DNA of 62,597 bases, the filler included, from Choristocarpus tenellus KU-1152 (Eukaryota > Protista > Phaeophyceae): the NCBI GenBank assembly GCA_964200185.2. It is 14 parts of 14 records of this genome, joined end to end, with 100 filler letters (N's around TTAATTAATTAA, not from the genome) between each part and the next. Parts side by side here need not be neighbours in the genome. Positions count along the whole stretch, not along the records: positions 12,115 to 17,228 come from CAXNAD020011826.1; positions 17,329 to 20,062 come from CAXNAD020025211.1; positions 20,163 to 22,905 come from CAXNAD020025126.1; positions 23,006 to 27,372 come from CAXNAD020014879.1; 10 more parts are not named here. One strand, written 5' to 3'. This document shows, piece by piece, positions 12,015 through 24,249 of the stretch; position 1 is the stretch's first letter, and each line of letters opens with the position of its first letter. The translations under genes were made by a program, and so were the position numbers. Below the pieces are notes generated by a model. That model was not told where the DNA came from, searched no databases, and saw only the letters and a program-made list of their open reading frames with translations.

Positions 12015-14593
12015 NNNNNNNNNNNNNNNNNNNNNNNNNNNNNNNNNNNNNNNNNNNNTTAATTAATTAANNNNNNNNNNNNNNNNNNNNNNNNNNNNNN
12101 NNNNNNNNNNNNNNCTACTCATCACATGAACCTGTCACATTAGTGTGTGTGTGGTCCCCCAGGTGCTTATCTAGTTAGGGGGGGGGAAACAGATGATTGC
12201 CAGGTTATCATTGCATTGCGACTTGTCAGCCAACCACACCCGTGGTTTTGTCTATTCCATGCTTATACAAGACAAATAGGGTAGATCTGATCACATCAGA
12301 CGTAGAGGGAGCTCACGATGCAATGAATGGAAGTAGGGGTTAGGGATCTGATGACTGGATATCAAAGAGATGCAATCTTGATGAATTTGTCTACTCTCAA
12401 GATATACGGGAATTGGTCTACTCTTACGAGACCCTGATGAGTTTTTTTTATCTTCATTCTGTCATGATGTGTTGGAAGATCTCATTTCACGTGGTAGAAG
12501 ATTGACTGTGGTCCAAGAGGGTGGAGGTAGCAAGTTTACACACTAGTCGTAGTAGTAGGTCTGCAACCTTTGGGATTGCTGTTCATCTACAGGCCGTGGG
12601 TATTGTACTTTTCCATGTTGTCAATTTTTGGGGCATGGTTGGAGTCTACCACCACCAGTCCATGATGTTAGCGTCTCTGCTGCTTTTTGTGTGAGGAGTT
12701 GGTTGTCTACGATGAGTACCTACTCATTCATTGGCAGGTGTTCATTCATCAATGCCTGCTCGATTCGTAGATGTTAAATGGTATTCAAGGGATGCAGAGC
12801 TCTAGGTCCCTAACTTCACAGAAAATTGCTTGAGGTCCATGAACATACTTTCATGTTATTATGTAGGAGAGGAAGCATCGCAATAGATCTTGGTGATTAA
12901 GCAGAGGCGTCGGTCATGGTGGATACCTGTTAAGCTAGGCAAGGGCGACTTATCAACACACACAGTAGTATCTATGACTGGCTTGGCTATCCCTCCACCT
13001 CCCAATCGTCTGCTTGTTCATTTTTTTTTAACAATACACTATTATACTCGGACTGTTCATTTTTTTTGTAGATGGAAGTGGTGGTAAAGAAGTTAACCGT
13101 GTCATGGTCGTAGACACAGAGGGAGGGGGAACATTCCCAGCACCAGGAACAGTATGGCTTTTGTCATTCCCTGCTCTATTTGATGTGTGATGTGCTGTGC
13201 GTCACATGCACAAATGTGACATAGTATCATCCATACTTGCAATGGCTTGAGATGCTTGCTGTCGTCTTGAGGGTTTGTGTGATGTACACACCGGCCAGGT
13301 GGTTCTTCTCAAGTGCCCACTTGACTTTCATCGTTGCTTTCCTGGTGATAGTAGTAACGGTCTTCCAACACAACAGAAGGATCGGTCTGAGAAAGGAACA
13401 AGGGAATAGTGAGGAGGAGAGTGGTCGATATTTCCTTGCTTTGATTGGCTGATGTCGATCCATCCTTTGCTACAACAACGAAGCTGTCAATCGATTTGTA
13501 TGCATTCGTGCGTACCTTGAACATTTTGCCAATACATAGGAAGGGTAAATCCTTGTGATTGCATCAGATGCGGTATGTGTGTTACGTGTTATGGAAAGTA
13601 GTACAGACCGTTGCATTGTTAGCAGTGGAGTGAGTGATAATCAATGTTGAAAACTGGAGGGGAAAGAGGCGTGACTGCCAGTTACTTCCCGAGTTTATGG
13701 GAAGGTATCTCACAAAATACACAATAATAATAATACGAAATGAATTATACGTATAAATGCCTACATACTTGACCAAGCTGATGAAGAAAATGCTACATGT
13801 CCTTACTTGTGTGATTGGGAATTCTTGCTCCTGTGTGAATTGAAATCAATTAGCATGGCTTCGTACTTTCTTTTCAAGACTAAATACGTTAAAAGAAAAC
13901 CTCTTTAAGGAAAAGGCCAGCAACAACTTAACAAGCAACAATTAATTACAATTGAGACTTTGTAAGCAGCAAGTGAGTTCCACCATGATCGATGTTGCTC
14001 AAGCTGCAAACAAACCGTTTATGAGTGCTCATTGTCCATTTAAAGCGATGTCCAGTGTCCATGTTGTTGCGTTCAACACACCACAAATAATTGAAGTAGA
14101 AAAAATAGTGGTTATGAAAATAAAAATTCATCATTATTTTTTGATGTGAACCGTATGGGTGGTGAAGAGAAGTACCAGGCAAGACGAATCAGACAGGCCA
14201 ATAGCCATAACCGAGAGGACAAGCTTAAGGTTGGAGAAGTGGAAAAACTGAGGAGAATTAATTGCGGAGGGGGAAGTATCTCATGAAAGGGGGATCCTCA
14301 GAATATCAAGACTTGATATATCAAAGAAAATCTTTGATGTTTGACGTTTCTGATTGAAGAGATACCCACCACTTTTGGGATTGATTGGTCTCTTGCAAAG
14401 ATTCCACTTCTCAATCTCGAGAAAGATACTCCACTGGAATCCGGGTTTCTCACAAGGAACCTCAATTGGTGTAACGGTATGTGGCATTTGGCGATTAATG
14501 ATAATGATAACAGTCAACCCTGCTTTCCACAGAAGTAGTAAACATAGCACAATATTACACAAAAATTATATTGTCCATGTCATCTGACCAAGT

Positions 14594-14998
14594 TCAGTGT
14601 GATGGGGGGTGATGAGAACTACCAGAGTTGATGACGTTAAGGACAGAAGTGAGAGTTGGAGCTGAGGTATGCTGGGTGTGCGCTGTGAGCCTCAGAATGG
14701 CGTGTTTATAAGCCCCCAATGTAATTGACTGCGACCAGTCAGAACAGAAAAACACAACTAATCGGATTTGCTGGTTTGAATCCACCATTCATGTCAGAAT
14801 CACCACAAGCCAGTAGTCGTAGGTCTGACCCACATACACGGCATCACCTTGACTGACCTCGATGACAAGAGGTACCACACGCAATGAATACCACTGCCAA
14901 CAGTGCCTCACATCGATGTGTCGGAGATCCTGAATGGGACCTGTGACTGACATCGAAACGCTACCAAAGTAATTATTCCATCCAAGCTGAAATATCAT
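14594..14998 (-). pseudogene. Decayed ubiquitin-like domain relic
   Basis: ~135-codon frame with one internal stop: ..VIEVSQGDAVY..NQQIRLVVF..SITLGAYKHAILRL resembles ubiquitin LEVESSDTI..DQQRLIF..GRTLADY..STLHL. Confidence 0.3.
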
Positions 14999-15847
14999 TC
15001 AGTATTACTACTACAACTGCAGTATTTTAATACAATTTGATACGTCATTCATTCATAACCCCTATTCTTGGCTTCAAATGAAATCCAAAGCTTGAAGCTG
15101 TAGGTGGCACCTCACAGGAAAAAAACCCCTGCAGGTCAAGCCCAGTAAGTGTTGTCACCCAGACCGAAGCAACACATCATCTCTCCCCCATAGAGTATAT
15201 CTTCTCTAATAATGTTAAGCTCCGACAGAGGAACAATCATCGGTGGATGCCCCCCTAGCCCTCTTTTCTTCACCCCATCATCGACAACACAATTAAATCA
15301 TACACCAGTCATATACGAGGTCACATACTTTTGCCAAGTTAAGTCACAATATACACCAAAATGAAGCCAACAGATTTATGTTTTATGTTTTTAAAGCCAA
15401 GTGCGGAACACTAATCAATTTTTTCTAGGTCATTGCATGTCGTCCTGTCCTCAAAGAAGAGTATGGTTTTTCTTATCTGCTCTCAAATCCAACTGCCCAT
15501 AGGCACCTCCAAGAACCTGAATCGATCGCCCTGGAGTACTTCACCCAGCACCAGAAGTATCAGCAACAAATTAGACAATGCGGAGGGCAGCTGCACAAGC
15601 CCCATCCAGTAGAATTGGTTCATTCCAATAAATCACGTATATAGCACGAACAAGAGAGTAGGTAATTGCCAAGACCATCGCGCAATACTCCAGCAATCAG
15701 CAAAAAACACTGTAACCCTAACCCCAACCCTGACCCAGTGTATATAATAAAAACAGGCTAAGGACCACTGCATGTTTGTTGGTTGCCCCCAACAGATGGG
15801 CTCCATACTTGCAAAGCCAAAGACTACATGTAAACCACACAGGTGCC

Positions 15848-16764
15848 TCAGAACATCCCAAATCTTCTCCTGGGAAGGTGACTCCGGCGTATGTTCCTCT
15901 GCTGCTTTCGAAGAGCCTTGATTTCCTCGTACACATCATCCACCTGTGCTCAGAAAAAAGGACGATCACAGTTAGGAGTCAAATACAACTATTCACCTCT
16001 CTATTTATCCACCCTCTTCCAAGCCGTTAACTGTCGTCTCCTTCCACAGTCCAAATGGAATCGTGTGGAGTTGAAACGAAGGGTAAGATTATGTACAAAT
16101 AGCCTCGAGGAATAGCAGAAACACCAGTAAAAAAAAAACATCTGAACAATAAAGGACGGTAGTAAAAGTAGTAGTAACAGTAGTAGTAGTAGTAGTAGTA
16201 GTAGCAGTGGTGGTGGTAGTAGTAATAGTAGTAGTAATGGTAGTAGTAGCAGCAGCAGCAGTAGTAATAGTAGTAGCAGCAGCAGTAGTAGTAGAGTAGG
16301 AGGAGTAGGAGTAGGAGCAGAAATAGTGGTAGTAGTGGTAGTGGTAGTAGGAGTGGTAGTGTTAGTAGTATTAGCATTAGCAGTAGGAGGAGTAGTGGTA
16401 GTAGTAGTACTAGTGGTGGTGGTAGTAGTGGTGATAGTAGTAGTAGTAGTAGTAGTAGGAGGAGGAGGAGGAGGAGGAGGAGGAGCAGTAGTACTACTAG
16501 TAGTATTAGTCTTAATGTAACATTGTGGCAGTATAATGCATGGAATAGACGCCAAGTCATTCTCACATAAAAACGCACACCCATACCCTCCTAGAAACGA
16601 CCTCAGACTACACCAGCAGCAGCAGCAGACCAAACTTGTCCAGTTGATACAGGATTAAGCTCAAGGAGACAAGGGGAACTCACATCTCGCGCCCCAGAGC
16701 GCATGGCCAGTTCCAACGCCTCAATCTTTTTGTCAATATCTTCAATGCTTGCTTGTGCCTGAAG
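15848..16764 (-). CDS. Last two exons of an unidentified coiled-coil protein (LQAQASIEDIDKKIEALELAMRSGARD|VDDVYEEIKALRKQQRNIRRSHLPRRRFGMF*)
   Basis: Exons 16764-16684 and 15943-15848 with canonical splice sites, phase 0. Confidence 0.6.
16157..16510. repeat. Compound trinucleotide microsatellite (TAG/TGG/CAG/GAG)n inside an intron
   Basis: Directly visible; produces the spurious poly-T/L/V/Y ORFs. Confidence 0.95.
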
Positions 16765-17328
16765 CTGCGTGGACTGACCAGCATCATGCATCACACATCA
16801 CACCAAACAAAAATTAGAGGGCAGTTTCGAGGTCATGGGCAGAGTGCATGGGGGGGGGGGTCCCTGCCCTACGCATGAATGCACAAATTAAACCAGGTCT
16901 AAAGAGACTCTGGGAACAGAGTTGGATAAATCAAGACACAGTGCACCTTTCAGACATGAATGTGAGGAGACTGAAGTTCCTACTGGTATCGAAGTTTACC
17001 CTCTTAATCCTAGGGTGAACCAGCAATCCTCTCAACTCAGCAGGTCTCACTTCCTCATGAGAGCACAAATACTGCATAGTGCATTAAACAATCAATGCGT
17101 GGTCGACACCATGGAAGGTGGGATACTGCCACCAACGCCTTACCACCAATCTCATCCACTGATAATAAGGGGGAAGGGGGGGGGGGGCTTGGGGAGTGCG
17201 GTATCCATTGGGCACGTGTCTGCCTGTTNNNNNNNNNNNNNNNNNNNNNNNNNNNNNNNNNNNNNNNNNNNNTTAATTAATTAANNNNNNNNNNNNNNNN
17301 NNNNNNNNNNNNNNNNNNNNNNNNNNNN

Positions 17329-17508
17329 CCTAACAAATACGACGGATAAAATTACGTGGAAATCGCAACATTGGATTTCGGCCCCCGAATGGACGCGGCC
17401 CTACCCTCTAAGATACTTTGACTCTAATGTAAATGCACTTTTCCTGATTTTGACCCTAATGGACACCCTGGTGTAGACCCCCTCCTCCCCCCCCTGATAC
17501 TTTGACCC
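17329..17508. mobile_element. MITE family A end (17329-17424) nested in a family B copy (17425-17508)
   Basis: A terminus ..AAGATACTTTGACTC abuts the internal B sequence TAATGTAAATGCAC..GATACTTTGACCC. Confidence 0.8.
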
Positions 17509-17911
17509 TGTCACTGTCTTTTTTTTATGTATTTTGGAATAAAATGCCTTTAGGACCTATGCTTGGTGCTTGAGTGAGTGTAGACCATGTTATTGTGGCT
17601 CAGGGAAGTTGCCGTTGGGTTCATAGTTTGGAGATGGGATGGTTGCCACCGTTTGGATTGGGTGTGGAAGAGGGGTCATCTGTTGTGAAAATCTCGACTT
17701 GTGCTAAAGATGGTGGTATGGAGTACGAGATTCTTCTGCGTCTTGTTAGTTTTAGCAAGGTTTCATCCCATTGCTCTGTGGTCCAATCAACGCAGAGAGG
17801 GGAGGAAAAAGGATTGGGGCATGTCAGTAAGAGTGTTAGAGGATAGTGGCAGAACACACTAATCAAGATGAATTCCAGGCTGCCATCGGACCAACAAAAG
17901 CATGTGTATGA

Positions 17912-17974
17912 GGAAAGCCAAGCCCCAATTGGACAAACAAAGCAAAACTTGTACCCTCTAAGATACTTTCACTC
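17912..17974. mobile_element. MITE family A fragment
   Basis: CCCCAATTGGACAAAC..TACCCTCTAAGATACTTTCACTC terminus. Confidence 0.8.
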
Positions 17975-18246
17975 ACACATAGACACAAACTCATCAGGAA
18001 GATATGAAGGATTAATATACGAAATGTTTATTAGTGTTGATTTAGAGATGGTCCGACCTCTCCAGTACAACATGTCTGTCGAGGCATGTGTCTGATTGGC
18101 GACATAGAGGGTGACTCGCAATCAGGAATTGGCCTGGTTGCTCGTCAAAGTTGTGTCTCTCGTCAGTATGGGGGCAGAGTGGGACTTGTCCAGAACCAGG
18201 CACGTGCAGAAGCGTCTTGGTCTATACTGCAGGTATCGCACCGAGG

Positions 18247-18524
18247 GATTGTCGGTTGGACTCTGTGGTGAACCTCTGGTATTGACCAGGCAGGATCGTG
18301 AATGTGTTGTCCAGGTGGTTGTGGTGGATGTCTGTGAAGTCTGGGATGATGATAGCCTGAAGGAGCACAACGCGGGGACCTGGTTGATTGCCGGTTGATT
18401 TCTGTGGTAACCTCTGGTATTGATCAGGCAGGATCGTGAATGTGTTGTCCAAGTGGTTGTGGTGAATGTCTGTGAAGTCTGGGATGATGATAGCCTGAAG
18501 GAGCACGATGCGGGGACCTGGTTG
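18247..18524. repeat. Tandem duplication, two ~138-139 bp units (46 codons)
   Basis: 18247-18385 and 18386-18524 are near-identical; the first unit has a 1-nt insertion (GGTGAACC vs GGTAACC). Confidence 0.95.
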
Positions 18525-18952
18525 TGCCTCCTGCATCAACGCAAAGATGTTCGTTGCAGGGTCTGTGTTGATGTGTTGTACTATTGGCATGTGTTTGCGC
18601 GTGGTGGCCTTGTTTGGTTGTATGGGGGTCTTGTTTGTTTTGGGTTTGAGGAATGGAGAGTTTTATGTAGGATAGGGGATACACTTAGACAGCGAAATGA
18701 AGGAATGAGATACGTTTATTTGCCCTACGGAACTTGTAAAATATTCCGTGAAAGTCGACGTTCGCGGTTGTAGAGTAGGAGAAAGAATATGACACTGGTT
18801 TAGATGTCAGGGTTGGACGTTATGGGAGGATTTTATTTGGGTATGAGGGGATATCAGGGGATATGTAACATCTGTATATGGACAGCGTGGAATCATTGCT
18901 GTGGGGCATTGTTCTCTTAGTAACAATAAGAAGCGTTTCTCACCTTGTCCGT

Positions 18953-19900
18953 TCATGACATGCGAATAGTTGGCACTCCATCAACAAAGCTAGCACTCAG
19001 CACCTCGAAGTCTTCAGTGACAAAGACAATCTCATCTCTAGCATTGAACATCCCTACGTAGCTGGAGTGGTGCCTGGCGTTCCATTCAATCGTGTCCTTG
19101 CGGTGGACAGTGAACGGCAAGAACTCTATACCATTGTACTCCAATGGCTGCGTGCGCACGATGCATATTTTTCCCTCAGCGAGCTGTCTCTTCTTCCTCA
19201 ACAGCTGGCTTCTCAGATACATATCGCCCGTTCCTGTTCATGTGGAAAATCTGAGGTCTATCTCCTGCATTGGGCCAGGTTACTGATCTAACAGTAGTTC
19301 GTGCAGTAGCACAACAGTTCAGTGTATATCAATGTATGGGACTCTCCGGCGGTGAGCCGACCAGTGAAGAACCTGTGCATGGACTTGATGCCACTGAGGT
19401 TTGGGACACGTGGGTTGTGTCGTCCCGTGTGGTCAATCTTGCGAGCCAGGAGGTGGACTATCTCTTGTGTTCGAAACGTGTCGATGTATAGAAGTTTCGT
19501 AGACGTGTTACTCTGCTGTCTTCCGTCCCTGTCCGTCCATTCCTAAGGGTTGTGGTGATTGTGCGTATAAGGGGAGGGGTGGTATGTGTTGGAGTCATTG
19601 TTGGTACTGTGGCAGCGTCCTGTGATCGATTCGATGTGATGGCATTTTCTTTCGATCGATCTGTGCTACCTATTCCTGGAACAAGTGTTTGGTAATGACA
19701 GGTGTCTATATGTGATGAAAACGAGAACTTCGAGTTTTGGATTAGTTTGGCGCTGGGCAGACTTATGAAAAATAGAGGGCGAGATGATTGTAAGTGTGCA
19801 CGGATGGTGAGCGGTTGATTAAGAAGTGCGTATGTGCAATGACCATGTCGCGCGTGATGTCAACATGTGAAGGGAAGGCACAGATGTGACATAATGGGTC
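18953..19900 (-). pseudogene. Decayed viral-like ORF, putative C-terminal half of a divergent double-jelly-roll major capsid protein
   Basis: Frameshifted pieces in the order expected for MCP: LEVLVFITYRHL..HHIESIT; KLLYIDTFRTQEIVHLLAR; IKSMHRFFTG..IYTELLCY; GIEFLPFTV; C-terminal EIVFVTEDFEVLSASFVDGVPTIRMS*. Pattern match by eye only. Confidence 0.4.
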
Positions 19901-19907
19901 AACGATA

Positions 19908-20062
19908 GGGTCAAAGTATCTAGGGGGGTTAGGTTCACCCTTTTCTCGATTTTCACTTTTTTGGTGTGATTTGGTTGCACGTGTCGGATTTGAAATGTCA
20001 GCAAAAAAGAGAGATGTTTGACCGAAACGGATACATACCCACAAGCCAATACCCCCCCCCAA
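19908..20062. mobile_element. MITE variant sharing the TCAAAGTATCT terminus (partial)
   Basis: GGGTCAAAGTATCTAGGGGGG terminus with a distinct internal sequence. Confidence 0.7.
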
Positions 20063-20162
20063 NNNNNNNNNNNNNNNNNNNNNNNNNNNNNNNNNNNNNN
20101 NNNNNNTTAATTAATTAANNNNNNNNNNNNNNNNNNNNNNNNNNNNNNNNNNNNNNNNNNNN

Positions 20163-20196
20163 GGACAGCCGCCACCCCCTCCCAGATACTTTGAGC
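20163..20196. mobile_element. MITE family B end
   Basis: GGACAGCCGCCACCCCCTCCCAGATACTTTGAGC. Confidence 0.75.
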
Positions 20197-20983
20197 AAAA
20201 ATCGGTACACGGTACAAGCGTCACACAGCACTATCCTTGTCATCCATGTGTACTTTGTTGCTCATTCTTTGCTTTCATTGGTTGTGGTGAGGACCACAGT
20301 TTTTTTGTTGTTTGTTTTGTAATTTTTTGTATTTTTTATTTGTTTCAATTATGATGACAGTGATAAAGAAGAAGCGTAGTTGGCAGAATGGTGCTATCCA
20401 CATTAACATACACACACCCGGAATATGGTGAAAACGTTATGATGATCAATTGTGATCAGCTTAATGTCCTCTTGTTTTGCATCATTCAACATACAATGGC
20501 AATTGTGGCCTGTGTCCACCTCTTGTTGTCTCAGCGCTATGTTCAGCAGGCACTTGTCTTGCTAATTGATTCAGTACCACTCCCCACCGCACCCCCAATC
20601 CCTCGCTCAGACATAATAACCGCAAGGCCGACATATCAATAGCAAAAATAATGGTGCCATCACCACATGTCTGTCATCCCCCCCCCACCCCTCCCAATCC
20701 CACAAACGTAGTATGTCATTCGCAAGGCCATCCAGACTCACGGTCCCCTTCAAAAATCGATAACCCCCCTCAACTCGAGAGTGACCTTCAACCTCTCACT
20801 GGGCAGCTACCACACACTCGAGACGGAACGATTGTGCTCAACAAAATGCTTTAAGCACCCATGAACAGTGGGGAAAATGCTGTGCCAATCCTATTTCAAC
20901 TGCTCTGCTCAAAATGTGTGATGAATACCAAGTGGAAATACAACACAACAAGAAATAAGAATTGTATAATAGTACTCCCTCAC

Positions 20984-22905
20984 TGTGCAATATAGACTAG
21001 TAGTCTATATGGTTTATAGTGTAAAAGTGAATGAAGTAATGTAACTTGAACTTACAAGTGACTGACGTAGTGTAACTGTCACAAACATGTTTAAACATAT
21101 CTCTGACGTGTTTGATGACGAATGAATTAGATAACAAGGGAGAGCACCACCCCCCCATCTTGAGGATAGTGCTCACTCCGCTAATAAACATATCCATACC
21201 ACACAAAGCAAATACTCTACTTGAGTAGCTCTCTTTTGCATAGGTTATGAGCCTCAGTGGTATGGAAGCGGACCCCCGTAAGCTGCCACTCTGGAGTGGA
21301 GCGCGGGGGCATACACGGGAGAAGTGGGCGGAATGGAGGATGGCGCTGGTCAGCTATGCAGGAGGTAAAGGACTGTACCGGATCCTCCAACCAGAATACC
21401 GCATTCCGGCACCTCCCACGCCTGACACATCGTTTGGAGAACACAGCGCGTACGAGGAGTACGCTAAACATCGTGAGGCATTATGGTTCCTTTTGGGCCA
21501 GGCCACGAGAGGTGCTGCTGCGATGGTGGTCAGCTCGCACGAGCATAATGGCAGCCCCGATGGGAGGGCAGCATGGCTCGAGCTGGAACAAATTTATGGA
21601 GGGCGCGCAGCAATTCAGTGGCCCATGCAGCTCATTGCTCTAGAAATGAAGCTGCGTGATATGCACTGCACGTCAGTGGAGGACGCTGCAGATTTCGTGA
21701 TTTGTCTTGATCACACCTGGACTGAGTACGAGCAGCTGGATGCAGCCAAAGAGGATCATGCAAAAAAGGGAGCTCTGATCATAGGAATCAGAGACAGCAT
21801 GCCAGAACTCACTTACGACCAGCTCAAGAACGCCATCATATCTTCCTCGTCTTACATGACCACGGAGGTCATAGGAGACACACCTAGGAGATCGGGGGCG
21901 ATGGCGCTTCATACAGGAGCAGAAAATCAGAATAGAAAACAAGGGTCCAAGAAAGGCTTCGATCCCAATCAGTATACATTCTGTTTAAAATATATCACTG
22001 GTGGCGAGAATGTCCCTTACACTTGACTGGCCAACCTCCCGCTAAGCGCCGCTATTGGATACCGAAACCAAGATTTCCCCCACCACCAACCAGGGAAGGA
22101 ACAGTGGTGGCATAGACGGAGACAAGGCTAAGCAGGGCTCATCACGAGCATTCCTGACCATGAATGTGTCAGTGGGGGAGGACGCATATAACAAAATGGT
22201 GGAGGCAGCACATCTATCCTCGACTCAAGATCTGACCAAGACAGACACCATTAGCCTACTATGTGAATCAGGAGCCAAAGTACATCTTACCCCAAGACTG
22301 CAGGACTTCACTGAAGCAACAAAGATCACTCGCATCTGCACCTTTGGTAATAAAGGTACACTGGAAGCACAAGCAACAGGCAAGATGGTATTGGAAGTCA
22401 CTAATGAGATGGGCAAGCCGACCAAGATTGTACTCCAGGATGTGCTCTGGGTGCCTGGTCTACCATGCAGACTTCTTAGCACAGGTAGCCTGCGGCGCAA
22501 GGGAGGTGAATTTGTGGATCTGGATTTCGAAGAAGCTATATTCTGCCCAACAAAGGGGCAGCCAAGATCCATTTGGAGGAAAAGGGAGCCTTCCTTATGC
22601 TGAAGGCCCAGTTTGAAACAAACAATAAGAAGAAGGGCCAACCCAATGTCAACGCTAGCTACACAAATAAAAAGCAGCGTCTCTCCCTCTCTGACTGGCA
22701 CAACATCATGGGTCACCTCAACCCATTCGCTATTAAGCACTTGGAGAAACGGGGCCTTCTGGATATCGCAGATGCTACAGTCGTCTCAGAGCTCAATTGC
22801 AAGGTATGCAAGGAGTGCAAGTCCGAGGCACTCAGTTATGCACGGGGAGGCCGCAGTCCCAAGACAGTGGGGGACGTGGTACATACAGATATGGAAGGTC
22901 CTTTT
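20984..22905 (+). mobile_element. Ty1/copia retrotransposon 5' part: LTR 20984-21242, PBS 21243-21253, gag, protease, GAG-pre-integrase, integrase start (frameshifted)
   Basis: LTR TGTGCAA...TTGCATA, with a second copy of its start at 48487. PBS GGTTATGAGCC. Gag GRAAWLELEQIY; protease LCESGAKVHL..LQDVLWVPGLPCRLLS; WHNIMGH..CKVC; VHTDMEGPF. Confidence 0.93.
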
Positions 22906-23176
22906 NNNNNNNNNNNNNNNNNNNNNNNNNNNNNNNNNNNNNNNNNNNNTTAATTAATTAANNNNNNNNNNNNNNNNNNNNNNNNNNNNNNNNNNNNNNN
23001 NNNNNATATGGCTGTCCCGAAGTATCCTGAGGATGTCCCTTTTTGGATGTGTATGGTGCATGACGATGACTGTGTATAACAGATTACAGGCTGAAACTCT
23101 CTCAAGCTCTTCAGGGCATGGTCATGTTGAGTGCACATATTACAAAAACATGGAGTCGTGGAATGATGAGACCTCA

Positions 23177-23433
23177 GAGCCAAATAAATTGATTGGTAGG
23201 TTTGGACCCCTTTGCCATTCTAAGCCATCTTTCTTACCCTGTGCAACACACTCTATTTCATTGCTTCATTTGCGCAATAGTGTAAGCAAAAATGATATTG
23301 CCCCTTTCCACACTCAAAGCGACACCACAATTAAGTAAATGCTATTTCTGCAATTGTACAAAACATTGGACTTTATGTTTTTTCCCTAGATCCTTAAAAT
23401 GTAACCCAGCCTACCTCTGAATTGATTGGGGTC
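23177..23433. mobile_element. MITE family C, 4-bp TSD CTCA
   Basis: Imperfect TIRs GAGCCAAATAAATTG..GGTAGG / CCTACC..AATTGATTGGGGTC; homologous to 45376-45629. Confidence 0.8.
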
Positions 23434-24249
23434 CTCATTGAATTACCCCAACTCATTTCAGAAAGTAGAAATGGACAAACCTAACTGCCATGAGACAGCA
23501 ATTAAACGGAATGGAGTGACTTGAACACACCAAACAATCTCAACCCATCTATTTCATGAAGCCAAGACGAATGCCACACCTACGAGTACATGTCGTAGAA
23601 ATCAAATAACATGGAATGATGTGACCTCATCGGATCACCTCAGTCCATTTCAGAAGGTAGAAATGAATGATAAAATGAATGCACCTCACTGTGCATGATA
23701 CAGTAACAAAATGGACGGAATGACTTGAACAACCCGATCTACCGAACCCGTTTCATGGTGAATAATTCGGTAACATAGATCAATCCAGTCCGTTTAATGA
23801 ATGGAAGTCGCTAACACAGATATGCTTGGTTCCCCCACTCCACTTTTCACTTTAGAAAGGTCGGTACAGTCTCTCCGTCAACGCTGGTACTATGTAAAAG
23901 AGAAATATTGAGAAGGACCTACTAAGATATTTGTTGTATTTTGTCTAATACTGTGTTGACCTGGGGCCAGGGTGCCTTTGCCCTCTGGACCATGATTGCA
24001 GGTTGTGGTTTGAGATTGGGCCCTAGTATTCGGGGAGAGATGAGGCAGCGACAGAGCACGCAGCTATGGGTGTTCGAAAAATTAGTATACAAATGATAAG
24101 AATGTGAAAAAGTGACGCTCGCAAATTTTATGTAAGGCAGAGCAATGAGAAGTGAAGAGTGGTGTCCCAAGCCCTGAAGGAAAAGAGACGGGATCAGGAG
24201 ATGAGACAGTCAGGGCCAGGAACACTGTGGGGATACAGCGTAGCAAATA

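Larger units (their letters stand above)
17550..18590 (-). pseudogene. Decayed viral-like ORF, putative minor capsid (penton, single jelly roll)
   Basis: Intronless. N-terminal IVLLQAIIIPDFTDIHHNHLDNTFTI resembles the hydrophobic-IP...NI...NN.F.I pattern of PLV/Polinton/NCLDV minor capsids. Disrupted by a ~139-bp duplication, a frameshift, a stop and a MITE fragment (17912-17974). Confidence 0.4.

Noticed and set aside
12250-13000. Possible LINE RT remnant (also ~9300-9800)
   Set aside because: Only faint motif echoes (e.g. IPFNIY); too decayed to support.
14780-15040. Plus-strand NGTCD*HR..YFNTI resembling an MCP C-terminus
   Set aside because: The plus frame has many stops and mirrors the nearly open minus frame, which fits a ubiquitin-like relic better.
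15712-15740. TAACCC telomere-like units
   Set aside because: Only 3-4 degenerate internal units.
16001-16633. Long poly-T/P/L, poly-L/Y/C and poly-V ORFs
   Set aside because: Translations of an intronic trinucleotide microsatellite.
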